Shown one piece after another: positions 1-9,493 of a stretch of 41,891 nt of DNA. The translations under genes and the position numbers were made by a program. The stretch is taken from the IMG/VR virus record IMGVR_UViG_3300042486_001111; one strand, 5' to 3'. This DNA comes from a virus. Lineage: Duplodnaviria > Heunggongvirae > Uroviricota > Caudoviricetes. Below the pieces are notes generated by a model. The model did not search any database and had not been told where the DNA came from. It worked only from the letters and a program-made list of their open reading frames with translations. How positions within the stretch are numbered: position 1 is the first letter of the stretch; every line of letters begins with the position of its first letter.

Positions 1-1
1 A

Positions 2-127
2 ATTGTATTTGTCGTCTTTGTGTTTTTTATGTATTAATTTTAGTATTCTTTTTTCGTTATCATTAAATTCATTAGTAACGTCAATTAATAGTGACTCTAA
101 TAGAACATATTTTTTCTTTACCCTCAT
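2..127 (-). CDS. Partial hypothetical protein (5' end only; runs off left edge), N-terminus MRVKKKYVLLES...
   Basis: Manual translation: ATG at 127 and 42 open codons to the edge; ATATTTAT motif 19 nt upstream; leader ends in LLE. Confidence 0.6.
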   Translation of the reverse strand, partial: MRVKKKYVLLESLLIDVTNEFNDNEKRILKLIHKKHKDDKYN

Positions 128-146
128 AGTGATTACAAATATAATA

Positions 147-154
147 ATAAATAT
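147..154 (-). promoter_or_regulatory. Putative phage late-promoter motif ATATTTAT
   Basis: Exact ATAAATAT on + strand, 19 nt upstream of the minus-strand ATG at 127. Confidence 0.55.
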
Positions 155-165
155 TCTATAAAACA

Positions 166-193
166 AAAAAGGGTAGAAAACTCTACCCTTTTT
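166..193. terminator. Intrinsic terminator downstream of the major capsid gene, probably bidirectional
   Basis: Stem GGGTAGA/TCTACCC with 4-nt loop, flanked by A-run and T-run; 20 nt after the gp23 stop. Confidence 0.85.
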
Positions 194-213
194 ATTGTTG
201 ATATTTTAATTGA

Positions 214-2010
214 TTATCTCAATTCGTTGATATCGAATGTTACAACACCGTCAACTGTTACTACACCATAGAAACGGTTATTAACCATTTTCTTAGCGTA
301 TCTAGTCATAATCCCCTTCGTTGGTGCGAAGTTGAATGGGTTTTGTAATGTTGGAGTCAATTGTAATGGTACATACGGAGCGTAAATGTATCCAGTATCT
401 AACAATGACTTACCTTTGTGTCCAATGATGATTGAGTTCGCTGGTGCGTAAGGATCACGATATACAGTATATCTTCCACCTAATGAACCGATTTTCTCAA
501 TACCCATATTGTACTGATCTTGCTCTGGAGAAGCGTTAGATACGTGGAAGTATTCTAAGTCATCAAAAATTGCTGATACCTCAGAAGATACTACTACGAA
601 GTTAGCGCCACCTCTCAAAGTTGATTTGTGAATTTGTGCAGAAACTTGATTGATTTTAGTAATCAATGTTTGATTCCACTCTTTTTGTGTGTATGCGTTG
701 AAACCACCGCCAGAGTTAGCTCTCTTCCATCCGTTATAGTCCCATCTCAATTGCCATGCTGCACCTCTTCTTAAGTCTCTTAAGATCTCTCTATCGATCT
801 CAGCAGCAACCTGCTCAGATAATAGTGCCGTAAGTTCAGCTTCAGCATCGATGTTATGGAATGCACTAACGTCTTGTGCTAATTCAGGAGACCAAGTTGC
901 TCTTAGTTTTCTTTCAGTTACAGATACAACTACCTCATCCAATTCAAAAGAAACCTCACCCATTTCTGTAGAGTATTCTAAAGAAGCGTATTGTACCCAA
1001 CTTACGTCAAATGTAATCCCTGAATAAGTAGCATTAGTACTTCTAGTTAAACCAGAATTTGCACCAATGTATCCATCAAGTGTTGCATCTGAACATGACA
1101 CACATGTTGGGTGTGTTAAATCTACTTCTAAAAGTAATGAACCATCTGCAGTACAGATATTACTATAATCTACGATACCTTTACCGTATTTTTGAGTAAT
1201 AAGTCTAAAAGGTACTTCTCCACCACTCGCAATAATAAGATTACCGTTATTATCTTTAATGTCTCCACCTCTAACAACAACTTTAAGTGATGCTAAAAAT
1301 GATTCAGTATCCATCTCATTTCCGTCTGGTCCTGTTAATCTACCAGCGTTTTGGTTGTTAAATCCTTTTACACCTAATTTAAGGTATCTAACTGAATTAT
1401 CACCCGCTAACGCTTTTTGTGCTCCAGCAGCATATTCATCATCAACAGAAAGTCCTGAAAGGATTAATACGTTACCAGTGTTATTAACGTTACCAACCTC
1501 AACGTTAAGAGTAGGCTTACCTTTAGATGCATCATACAAACCATCGTTGTAATATAAATCGTAAAGACTTTTTGCGTAGAATGTTGTTGCAGATACATCT
1601 GTACAATCTCCGATTACACATTCTGGTAATGCACCGTTAGTAGTACCATTATCACCATTCAATGGAAACTGTCCATCAGATGTTTTAGGTACAAAGAAGA
1701 ATAATTTACCGATTGGCATGTTCATCGCTTGTACTGATACGATATCGTTAGCCAATAATTTAGAGAATACTCTTCTCACAATTGGGAAAACTACAGTTTC
1801 GAAAGAACCTGATGAGTCTGCAGAAGTTGATTCATTCAACAAAGCAGATGCTTGGTTTTCATACAATTGAGCGATGTTCTCTTTTACGTGACCTTTTAAA
1901 CCTTCTAAGAAACCTAATTTGTTCCATTTAGAGATAGTTTTAGATCTAATTTGCTTTAGGTGTTCTAGTCCGATATTTCCGACTTCACCTGAGTTTAACA
2001 AATGTCCCAT
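214..2010 (-). CDS. gp23: T4-like major capsid protein
   Basis: P..RR....LA.DIVSVQAMNMP.G, RKLRATWSPELAQD...H.IDAEAEL..LLSEQVAAEIDREI, GYIYAPYVPL and GIMTRYA motifs; N-terminal propeptide ends at LNE/S. Confidence 0.97.
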   Translation of the reverse strand: MGHLLNSGEVGNIGLEHLKQIRSKTISKWNKLGFLEGLKGHVKENIAQLYENQASALLNESTSADSSGSFETVVFPIVRRVFSKLLANDIVSVQAMNMPIGKLFFFVPKTSDGQFPLNGDNGTTNGALPECVIGDCTDVSATTFYAKSLYDLYYNDGLYDASKGKPTLNVEVGNVNNTGNVLILSGLSVDDEYAAGAQKALAGDNSVRYLKLGVKGFNNQNAGRLTGPDGNEMDTESFLASLKVVVRGGDIKDNNGNLIIASGGEVPFRLITQKYGKGIVDYSNICTADGSLLLEVDLTHPTCVSCSDATLDGYIGANSGLTRSTNATYSGITFDVSWVQYASLEYSTEMGEVSFELDEVVVSVTERKLRATWSPELAQDVSAFHNIDAEAELTALLSEQVAAEIDREILRDLRRGAAWQLRWDYNGWKRANSGGGFNAYTQKEWNQTLITKINQVSAQIHKSTLRGGANFVVVSSEVSAIFDDLEYFHVSNASPEQDQYNMGIEKIGSLGGRYTVYRDPYAPANSIIIGHKGKSLLDTGYIYAPYVPLQLTPTLQNPFNFAPTKGIMTRYAKKMVNNRFYGVVTVDGVVTFDINELR

Positions 2011-2047
2011 TTTAATTTTTATTTTTTATTTTGTTATTTTATTATTT

Positions 2048-3544
2048 TTATGAGATTCTTCTCATTAAATCTTTAATTGCCGTAATTTGTGGATCTACAT
2101 AAGCAGTAGACTCATTCAAATTAGTGGACTTAGAAGATTGGATTGTTTTATTAACTTTATTTTCTACAGATTCATTCATAGGGGATTTATTATCTAATTC
2201 CGTTTTGATAGTTTTGTAGATGTTTTTAGATTCTTTAATAGTCTCAGCATTATCAAATCTCTTAAGAATATCCATTTTTTCTTTCTTAGTAGTTGAATGC
2301 TCAGTAAATAATCTATTAACATAAGCCAAGTTAGTGTTAAACAACGCAACTTCGTTTAGTTTTTCTTTGAATACATTAAGTGCTTTTTTATACTCTTCGT
2401 TTTTAGTTTTCAACTCTTTGTATTCTCTCATTATTTTGGATTCGGAAACTGTGTTTTTTGTTGGTTCTCTACGAACTATAGGTTTACTTGTTGTTCTAGA
2501 TTCTCTAGCCGCTAATCTAGCACCATGATATCTTTGTTTACCACTAGTTCTAGAGTGTCTTTGCAACTTATCCTCTTCAATGTATGCACCTTCTTCAAAA
2601 CTTTCAAGATCTTCAAAATCTTCAATCGGTCTACTTCCAGCATGTCTTCCTTCTGGAGTATCTCTTAACCATCTTGAAGCATCATCTGAATTGTTTATTT
2701 TAAAATTCATAGTTGCATCTGAAACTTTTCCTCCTGGTACATAATCTCCAGGTACATAATCTTCCGATGGTTCATTCATTTCAATTTCGTAGACGATTTC
2801 ATCTTTTTCTTCATACATACCTGAACCACATTCAGAACAGTATTTACCTTCTTCGTCTTCGTACATTGCGCCTGAACCACATTCAGAACATTGTTCACCT
2901 TCTTCGTGCATAGAACCCCATCCTTCTTCCATAGATTCCTTAATATAATACTCTGCACCCGTTCCGTTATCTTTTAGATGAATACCTCCTTCGTCTTTAA
3001 CTACCTCTACTTCGTCATTATCAGAAAGTTTTTTAAATACTTTAACTACTTCTTCATCAGAAGCACCTGTTAAATCTAAAATTTCTTCACTTTCATCATC
3101 TGAACCCATCATAGGTAATTCTAAACCTAAACCAATTTCTTCGTCATCATCTTCTACACCTTCACCAGCATCTAAGTCTAGGTCAGTGTCTAAGTCTAAG
3201 TCAATTTTATTTGGTTCCTCATCTTCATCATCTTCATCATCACCAAACTGTAATGAATCATCTTCATCAGATTCTTCTTCATCGTCAAGATCTAACTTAA
3301 CGTCTTCTTCATCATCGGACCCTTTAGTTTCTACATCGTCAACACTAATCTCATCATCTTCTTCTTCTGAGATTGGTTCTTCTTTCTTTTCACCTTTATT
3401 TTTTAAAGATGACTCAACGATGCTTTCAATTTCTTTCGACATATGTGCCGCAAGTATTTCTTTCGTGTTGGCTTTTAAGGCATCCTCTAAAGACTTTGCT
3501 TCTAGTAAAGCCTCTTCGATGATTGATTTCTTTTTTTCAGCCAT
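2048..3544 (-). CDS. gp22: Prohead core scaffolding protein (gp22 positional and structural equivalent)
   Basis: Lies between protease and capsid genes; long acidic low-complexity segment, coiled-coil C-terminus, many [ILV]xE sites. Confidence 0.8.
   Translation of the reverse strand: MAEKKKSIIEEALLEAKSLEDALKANTKEILAAHMSKEIESIVESSLKNKGEKKEEPISEEEDDEISVDDVETKGSDDEEDVKLDLDDEEESDEDDSLQFGDDEDDEDEEPNKIDLDLDTDLDLDAGEGVEDDDEEIGLGLELPMMGSDDESEEILDLTGASDEEVVKVFKKLSDNDEVEVVKDEGGIHLKDNGTGAEYYIKESMEEGWGSMHEEGEQCSECGSGAMYEDEEGKYCSECGSGMYEEKDEIVYEIEMNEPSEDYVPGDYVPGGKVSDATMNFKINNSDDASRWLRDTPEGRHAGSRPIEDFEDLESFEEGAYIEEDKLQRHSRTSGKQRYHGARLAARESRTTSKPIVRREPTKNTVSESKIMREYKELKTKNEEYKKALNVFKEKLNEVALFNTNLAYVNRLFTEHSTTKKEKMDILKRFDNAETIKESKNIYKTIKTELDNKSPMNESVENKVNKTIQSSKSTNLNESTAYVDPQITAIKDLMRRIS
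2820..2890. repeat. Exact 20-bp direct repeat (51-bp period) encoding duplicated CSECGSG
   Basis: cctgaaccacattcagaaca at 2820-2839 and 2871-2890. Confidence 0.9.
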
Positions 3545-3607
3545 TTTTTTCTTTTTTTATTTTTTTTTATTTATTATTAAATAACGCAAAATATTTCGCA
3601 TTTCTTA

Positions 3608-3615
3608 ATAAATAT
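3608..3615 (-). promoter_or_regulatory. Putative late-promoter motif ATATTTAT for the scaffold-capsid transcript
   Basis: Exact motif in the intergenic gap, 63 nt upstream of the gp22 start. Confidence 0.55.
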
Positions 3616-3645
3616 GCAATACTTTTAAAAAGTGTTATTTTTTTA

Positions 3646-4335
3646 TTAATCCAGTAAAAAATTATTTAAAGAGTCTTTTAAAAGATTATCTTCATTTTTA
3701 ATTTTAGATTCTGACATTTGTTGTTCTCTAGAAGGTTCTTCACTATAAATCCAAGAACCTGGTGTTGATGGTGATGTGACAATATCCCAACAAATCAATT
3801 CGAAGTCATCTTGTACAATATTTTTACCACCTTCTTTTTCTAAAGAACCTACACCTCTTGACGATACACCAATCTTTAAACCTTTTCTAATGTAATTAGC
3901 AACTCTATCACCCTCACAAGAAATTATTCCTTGATTAACAAATCCTGGTGACATAATAATTTCTAATTTACCCATCAATACATTACCTTCCCACCACAAG
4001 TCAACTACGTTGTGAGAAATTCTACTTACTGCAACTATTGAAGATTCTGGGTGATCTGCCTCACCTAACGCTCTTTTTTCTTTGATTAATTTTAAATAGT
4101 TTTCTGCCTCTCTCCTTAAGATGGCTTCAGGGTATATCCTACCATTTCTATTTTCTACACCATACTTTTGCATTACGGCATAAACAACCAAAGGTTCTTC
4201 TATAATAGGTTGACCTTTGGTTAAGTTTGACATCTCATTCACAAAATGTCTATTATCTTTTGGGGAAATGTATCCTGCGTCGTATTCAACAAGGATACCT
4301 TTTATATTTATTTCGTTTTTTTTAAGAATTTCCAT
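3646..4335 (-). CDS. gp21: T4-like prohead core protease
   Basis: N.NGRIYP, ALGEADHP and IGVSSRGVGS motifs (catalytic His and Ser). Confidence 0.95.
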   Translation of the reverse strand: MEILKKNEINIKGILVEYDAGYISPKDNRHFVNEMSNLTKGQPIIEEPLVVYAVMQKYGVENRNGRIYPEAILRREAENYLKLIKEKRALGEADHPESSIVAVSRISHNVVDLWWEGNVLMGKLEIIMSPGFVNQGIISCEGDRVANYIRKGLKIGVSSRGVGSLEKEGGKNIVQDDFELICWDIVTSPSTPGSWIYSEEPSREQQMSESKIKNEDNLLKDSLNNFLLD

Positions 4336-4355
4336 AACAGTGATATACTTTTATT

Positions 4356-4363
4356 ATAAATAT
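4356..4363 (-). promoter_or_regulatory. Putative late-promoter motif ATATTTAT
   Basis: Exact motif 20 nt upstream of the gp21 ATG. Confidence 0.55.
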
Positions 4364-4380
4364 ACCACTGTAGTAAAAAA

Positions 4381-4818
4381 TTACTTTTTAGATTTATGGA
4401 AAGTAAAAACTGAATTGTTTTCTAAACACTCGTTTACCACATCATAGATTATTCTCTTACTATTTTCTATGATATTAATTTTATTAATTGGTAAATGTTT
4501 TTTTTGATATAATGTTATTTCACATGACATAAAACTTCTTTTGTTTACATTTAACCCTGAAGTCCTCATATCTAAATCAACAATGTATTTATTATCGTGA
4601 AATAATTCTTTATTGATATTGTTACTTATTTTTTGTTTTATTTTTTTTCTTATATTACTTAAGAAAAATTCGTAGTTAAAATTTTCGTAATTTTCTTTTA
4701 ACTCACCCCATGCACACAAGTTTAAATATAAACTTTTTGATTCTTTATTATTTACGGTACCGATTTTTGTTTTATAGTTTTCTAATAAATCTAACTTGAT
4801 TTCTTTTCCTAATTTCAT
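4381..4818 (-). CDS. Hypothetical protein (145 aa) inside the head module
   Basis: Full ORF filling the gap between flanking genes; no recognised motif. Confidence 0.75.
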   Translation of the reverse strand: MKLGKEIKLDLLENYKTKIGTVNNKESKSLYLNLCAWGELKENYENFNYEFFLSNIRKKIKQKISNNINKELFHDNKYIVDLDMRTSGLNVNKRSFMSCEITLYQKKHLPINKINIIENSKRIIYDVVNECLENNSVFTFHKSKK

Positions 4819-4902
4819 TCATAAAATTTTTCATATATTGTTATTTTAAAGTTTATGTAATTATACTATTAAAATAGTTAGTAGTCAAATTATGGAAATA
4901 AA

Positions 4903-4925
4903 AAACCCCTCTTTCGGAGGGGTTT
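4903..4925 (-). terminator. Intrinsic terminator
   Basis: Minus strand AAACCCCTC-CGAAA-GAGGGGTTT followed by a T-run, immediately after the 4930 stop. Confidence 0.85.
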
Positions 4926-4929
4926 GTAT

Positions 4930-5694
4930 TTAATCTATCGATTCTTTTAAATTGTAAATTTTACTTATCTGTGAGTTGAAATTTTCATAATCAAAATTAG
5001 TGTTTAATAACTTATCTTTTACTTTTAATAATTTATCTTTTATCTCAACATCTGATGATTCATTTACTTTATTATCTATATTTTTTATACACTCTCTTTT
5101 TACTGTTTCGAATAAAGATTTTTTATCTTCTTTATTACCATTTAAAACCGTTTTAATTATTTCTTTTTCAGTTTCATTTATTTCAGAGTATTTTGTATTG
5201 AATTTCGTAACTAAAATATTTGCCAACATACTAGGTGGTAAATCTATGGATTCAGTAACTACAGTTTCTTCCTCCTTCTCCAACATCCTATTAGTTATAT
5301 TATTAATTGATTCTTGAATTTTATTGATATTAGATGCGTTTTTATTCGTATTCACTAAAAAATTAATATCATTGTAAAAAGATTCGTTTTCCTTAACCAA
5401 CGATACACCTTTAAGTAATTTGGTGAAATATTCATTTCCACTATCAATATGTTTTTTATTTAATGATTTTAATAAATCAATATTCTCTTTTATATATTCT
5501 TTTGCCTCAGTGGAATCATCAAACTTAGTATTCTGTAAATTACTATAGATTAAATACTGTTCCTTTAAAGTATCATTATTACCAATAGTTTTTAAGAATT
5601 TATTAAACAATTTTTTACCCTTATCATCTTTATTAATGATAGACTCAATCATTAACTGTTTAAAAGTATCTTTTATATTACCAAAATTTTTCAT
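4930..5694 (-). CDS. Hypothetical alpha-helical protein (254 aa) downstream of portal, possible head assembly factor
   Basis: Long ORF with its own ATATTTAT motif (5711-5718) and terminator; several [ILV]xE sites. Confidence 0.75.
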   Translation of the reverse strand: MKNFGNIKDTFKQLMIESIINKDDKGKKLFNKFLKTIGNNDTLKEQYLIYSNLQNTKFDDSTEAKEYIKENIDLLKSLNKKHIDSGNEYFTKLLKGVSLVKENESFYNDINFLVNTNKNASNINKIQESINNITNRMLEKEEETVVTESIDLPPSMLANILVTKFNTKYSEINETEKEIIKTVLNGNKEDKKSLFETVKRECIKNIDNKVNESSDVEIKDKLLKVKDKLLNTNFDYENFNSQISKIYNLKESID

Positions 5695-5737
5695 GTGTTA
5701 GTTTTTTATAATAAATATTAAACTTTTATAAAAAAAC

Positions 5738-7633
5738 TTATTTAGTTAGTTTATCTATTTCTCTAGTCATTTCACTAATTTTAGAATTTAACACATCAGT
5801 ACCTTTTTCAAAAGAATCTAAATTGTAAATATGATCATTTTTTTCTAAACTTTCAGTTAATCGTCTTAAATATATTCCCTGATATCTTTTAGTTTTTTCT
5901 TCATATATTCTTCTTTTTTCTTCTGTTAAAAGGTTACCGTCTTTTCTAAAAGATTCAGTAGTTGCTGGTTCTGCGGCTGGTTCTGCGGCTGGTTCTGCAC
6001 CTGCACCCATATCTCCACCTGCACCCATATCTGCACCACCTGCGTCACCACCAGCACCTGCTTCGGCTTCACCAGCACCCGATAATAATGCGTCAAAGTC
6101 ACCATAAAGTTTATCCACTCTATCAAATATACCTGTCTTCTTAATAACTTCTGCAGTTTGTTCCATTTCCGCTGCTGCCGCCTTTTCTAATCTTTGTTGT
6201 TCTAAATCATTTCTGATTTCTTCATCAGACATACCTAATATTTCTTTTTTGGCTCTAGTCATAGACATTGCACCAAAACCATTACCTGCGTCTGCAACAG
6301 AATCTTTATAAAGAGTTACCTTAAGTTGAGTTTGCTCAACCTTCAACATCTCAGCCTGAGTAGATGGGTTATTAAGTGAAAGTGTAAAATTTTCTAATTC
6401 ATCCTCTAAACCTAAAATATAGAGATGGATAATTGCAATCTTATTAAGTTCTTGCAACATTGATTGTTGTATTCTATTAATAGTTCTAGCAAATCTAATA
6501 TCTTGTAACGCCAAATTTTTACCATCACCATTTGCTTCTTCGAAACCTAAGAAAGGTTTGGGTACTCTAAGTGCAGTGAATAACTTTTTTTGAAGGTATT
6601 GTATATCTGCAATTTCAGAAAGGTTAGTCGCACCCGCCAATGTATCAATAGGGCTCGGTGCATTTGGATCTCTAACAGGTATAAAATAATCCTGATCCTG
6701 TGCCATTTGATTATATCTAGTATCTATCTGTCCAGTTTGTTGATCAATAACTGGACTTCTTTTAAAGTTATCTGCAATTTTATTCACATATGCAGGTACA
6801 TCTTTTTCGTCTATATTACCTACATATATTTTGAATATTCTTCTTTCAGGTGCTCTCGTTACTCTATATATTAACATCGCATCCTCAGATAATAATAATT
6901 GTTTCCATATCCTTCTAGCCTTCTCCAACATAGATGTACCATAAGGTAATCTTCTATCATCCCCTAATAATCTAAAATGAGCAATTTGCCACGCATTAAA
7001 TTCTATGTTCCTCTGACCCCAAACAAATGTGACAGGGTTAAATTTATCACTATCAGGAATAGTAGAATTCTCACCAAAACCCTCATTCTCTTTTCTACTT
7101 ATTTCAATATTAGGTAATTGTTTAACACCTGTGATACCTTCATCACTATTAATACTTAAGAATAAAAAATTATCTCCGTATTTACATGTGTTTCTTGTCC
7201 ACATAGGTAGTGAAGTGTGTATATCTAATCTATTGAAAAATAAATCTTCTAATATTCTTCTAACTCTTCTACTTTCAGAAAAAATATTTAAAACTTTATT
7301 TTCTGAATTTAAAGTTGTAGATTCCTCCATCATTATATCTAATGCTGCTGCGATTTCGGGAAAAAATTCCATACCCTCAAAATCTGCGTAAGAGGCTAAC
7401 CTAGTTGTTTCATAATATATGGAGTGTTGATATATCTCATTATCTACTTTCTGCCACATATTCGACAAATAGGCGTCTTGTTGTCTTTTAAGTTTTTCGT
7501 ATTCAAAATCCTCCTTAGATTTAGTTTTAAGGAGTTCCTTATCGTTTATAGAATATCTAGATTTATTTTGTGCCCTTTTTACCTCAGGACCAAACAAATC
7601 ATTTAATTGTTGAAATATCGTTCTTTTAGCCAT
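5738..7633 (-). CDS. gp20: T4-like portal protein
   Basis: PEIAAALDI, LLLSEDAMLIYRVTRAPERRIFKIYVGN, QDQDYFIPVR, DIQYLQKKLFTALRVP and DIRFARTINRIQ motifs. Confidence 0.96.
   Translation of the reverse strand: MAKRTIFQQLNDLFGPEVKRAQNKSRYSINDKELLKTKSKEDFEYEKLKRQQDAYLSNMWQKVDNEIYQHSIYYETTRLASYADFEGMEFFPEIAAALDIMMEESTTLNSENKVLNIFSESRRVRRILEDLFFNRLDIHTSLPMWTRNTCKYGDNFLFLSINSDEGITGVKQLPNIEISRKENEGFGENSTIPDSDKFNPVTFVWGQRNIEFNAWQIAHFRLLGDDRRLPYGTSMLEKARRIWKQLLLSEDAMLIYRVTRAPERRIFKIYVGNIDEKDVPAYVNKIADNFKRSPVIDQQTGQIDTRYNQMAQDQDYFIPVRDPNAPSPIDTLAGATNLSEIADIQYLQKKLFTALRVPKPFLGFEEANGDGKNLALQDIRFARTINRIQQSMLQELNKIAIIHLYILGLEDELENFTLSLNNPSTQAEMLKVEQTQLKVTLYKDSVADAGNGFGAMSMTRAKKEILGMSDEEIRNDLEQQRLEKAAAAEMEQTAEVIKKTGIFDRVDKLYGDFDALLSGAGEAEAGAGGDAGGADMGAGGDMGAGAEPAAEPAAEPATTESFRKDGNLLTEEKRRIYEEKTKRYQGIYLRRLTESLEKNDHIYNLDSFEKGTDVLNSKISEMTREIDKLTK
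5964..6035. repeat. In-frame tandem repeats in the portal C-terminal linker (3 x 12 bp; 2 x 18 bp)
   Basis: gctggttctgc(g/a) x3 encodes AEPA repeats; cctgcacccatatct(c/g)ca x2 encodes (A/G)DMGAG. Confidence 0.85.
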
Positions 7634-7662
7634 TTTTATCTTTATACTTTATTACTATTATA

Positions 7663-7670
7663 ATAAATAT
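7663..7670 (-). promoter_or_regulatory. Putative late-promoter motif ATATTTAT
   Basis: Exact motif 29 nt upstream of the portal ATG. Confidence 0.55.
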
Positions 7671-7686
7671 CAAAAAAAAATAAATA

Positions 7687-9483
7687 CTATCTTATCCCAA
7701 ACAACCAATTGTATTCACCATTATCATTATTACCATTATTCCCTTGTTTTGGGTGGTAAGTTGGTGTATTAGTGTAGAATGGGTTAGTATATTTTTGATT
7801 AGACAATAGAGGTTCAACTGACTTTTTTGAAACATTTACCCAACTTTCTAACATAGCCTTAGTTTGTTTCTCTACCATCTCTAATTTTTTGAATGATGTT
7901 TGTACAATAAATATACACATAGCGTATGCCATTATTATATCATCATGATAACCTTCCATATGATCAGGTCTACCGTTTTTATAAACAAAAGTTCTCAATT
8001 CCGAAATTAAACGATGTGATCGTATTATAGTTTTATTCTCTCTAATATGTTCCTCAAATTCGGAAACTAATTGTAATCTAGTGTTACCCACATTAAATCC
8101 AGGTACTTTATCCCCTTCACTATATTTAGTTTTAGCGTATTTTTCAGACAATTTTCTACTTTTAGGGTCATCGTAGTGTAAGAAGTTATATTCCATCTCT
8201 AACAGTTTTAATACTGTTGCAACACCCATTCCACCTGTGATGTCTACTATCGTATAGGCACTATACATATTACCATATTTATAAACCACTTCTGCCAACA
8301 TATCTGGTGGTAGTTTATATTTAAATTCCGCAACTTGTTCTAAATTATCAAAATCTAAAATAACTATTGTGGAACTATCTTTACCGTCACCCCTACTAAC
8401 GTCTACCCCCATAATGTATTTATGCCCAACCTCAGGTTTCTTCCATATCCACATAGCCTTTTCTAATTCTGCGGAGAATTCAGGATCTTTGACAAAATTT
8501 TCTTCGTGATATGAAATAAATTCGTCATCTATAACGTTACCTCCTGAACCAATAAATGATACATCAAGTTCTTGTGCAATCTTTTTTGGGTCACCCATAT
8601 CTGCCGCCATCTCTTCGTACCAAGGGGATAAAGGTTTCCACCCTTCTTTTACCATAACCTCGTAATATTCTATGGTTGATTCATCGGTTTCATAAATTTT
8701 ATCTAAATATTCCCATCTCAATTTAGTCCTACTTAAAGTTTTACACTCTATCTTTTCATCTTCACCCCTAACCCAAAATAATCCTCTGTTGTATCTAACA
8801 TCCTGATACCACTTCATTTCAACTACGTTGAAATTGTTTTCTTTATTTTTGGCACCATCATAAGTTTTATAATATAGTGGATCCATACCATTTGGTGTAG
8901 ATATCAGTGCAATCTTACCACCTGTACCTAAAGACGCCAATGCTGCCCCAAACACATCTGCACCATTATCGATAAAGGCTGCCTCATCCATTACTAAGAA
9001 TGTTGGTGTAAAACCCCTCAAAGCATCTTTCGATGTTGCTAACGCTCTAATTTCACAACCATTAGATTTTAATTTTAAATGTCCTTTAGAATTTATTTCT
9101 AAATAATCGGTACCCTCATCTAACCCCCATACCCAATAAGGTATTTGATCTAGAAATTCCTTTATTTTTTTTAAGAACTCTTGTGCCAATGTTTGTTTGT
9201 TGGCTAATATTAGTACCTTATGTGGGTTTTCTGGATCACCAAATGCAGTTTTAACTGCAATATAGGCTGCGGTAGTAGTTGACACACCTGCCTGTCTGGG
9301 TTTAGTTACTAAATTACGATTATATTTTTCGTAAGATTTTATTATTTCTTTTTGTTTATGGAACAATTTAAAAGGTACCATACCTTCTTGAGTTAAATCG
9401 AATGTCTTTAAAAAAGTTTCGATTGCATAAATTGGTTCACCTAAACAACGTGCAAATATTTTTAGTTGTTCTCCTCTATCCAT
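7687..9483 (-). CDS. terL: Terminase large subunit (T4 gp17-like)
   Basis: KPRQAGVST P-loop, FLVMDEAAF Walker B, ISTPNG coupling motif, YIMGVDVSRG and HDDIIMA RNase H-like nuclease motifs; adjacent to portal. Confidence 0.95.
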   Translation of the reverse strand: MDRGEQLKIFARCLGEPIYAIETFLKTFDLTQEGMVPFKLFHKQKEIIKSYEKYNRNLVTKPRQAGVSTTTAAYIAVKTAFGDPENPHKVLILANKQTLAQEFLKKIKEFLDQIPYWVWGLDEGTDYLEINSKGHLKLKSNGCEIRALATSKDALRGFTPTFLVMDEAAFIDNGADVFGAALASLGTGGKIALISTPNGMDPLYYKTYDGAKNKENNFNVVEMKWYQDVRYNRGLFWVRGEDEKIECKTLSRTKLRWEYLDKIYETDESTIEYYEVMVKEGWKPLSPWYEEMAADMGDPKKIAQELDVSFIGSGGNVIDDEFISYHEENFVKDPEFSAELEKAMWIWKKPEVGHKYIMGVDVSRGDGKDSSTIVILDFDNLEQVAEFKYKLPPDMLAEVVYKYGNMYSAYTIVDITGGMGVATVLKLLEMEYNFLHYDDPKSRKLSEKYAKTKYSEGDKVPGFNVGNTRLQLVSEFEEHIRENKTIIRSHRLISELRTFVYKNGRPDHMEGYHDDIIMAYAMCIFIVQTSFKKLEMVEKQTKAMLESWVNVSKKSVEPLLSNQKYTNPFYTNTPTYHPKQGNNGNNDNGEYNWLFGIR

Positions 9484-9493
9484 ATATTTTAAT

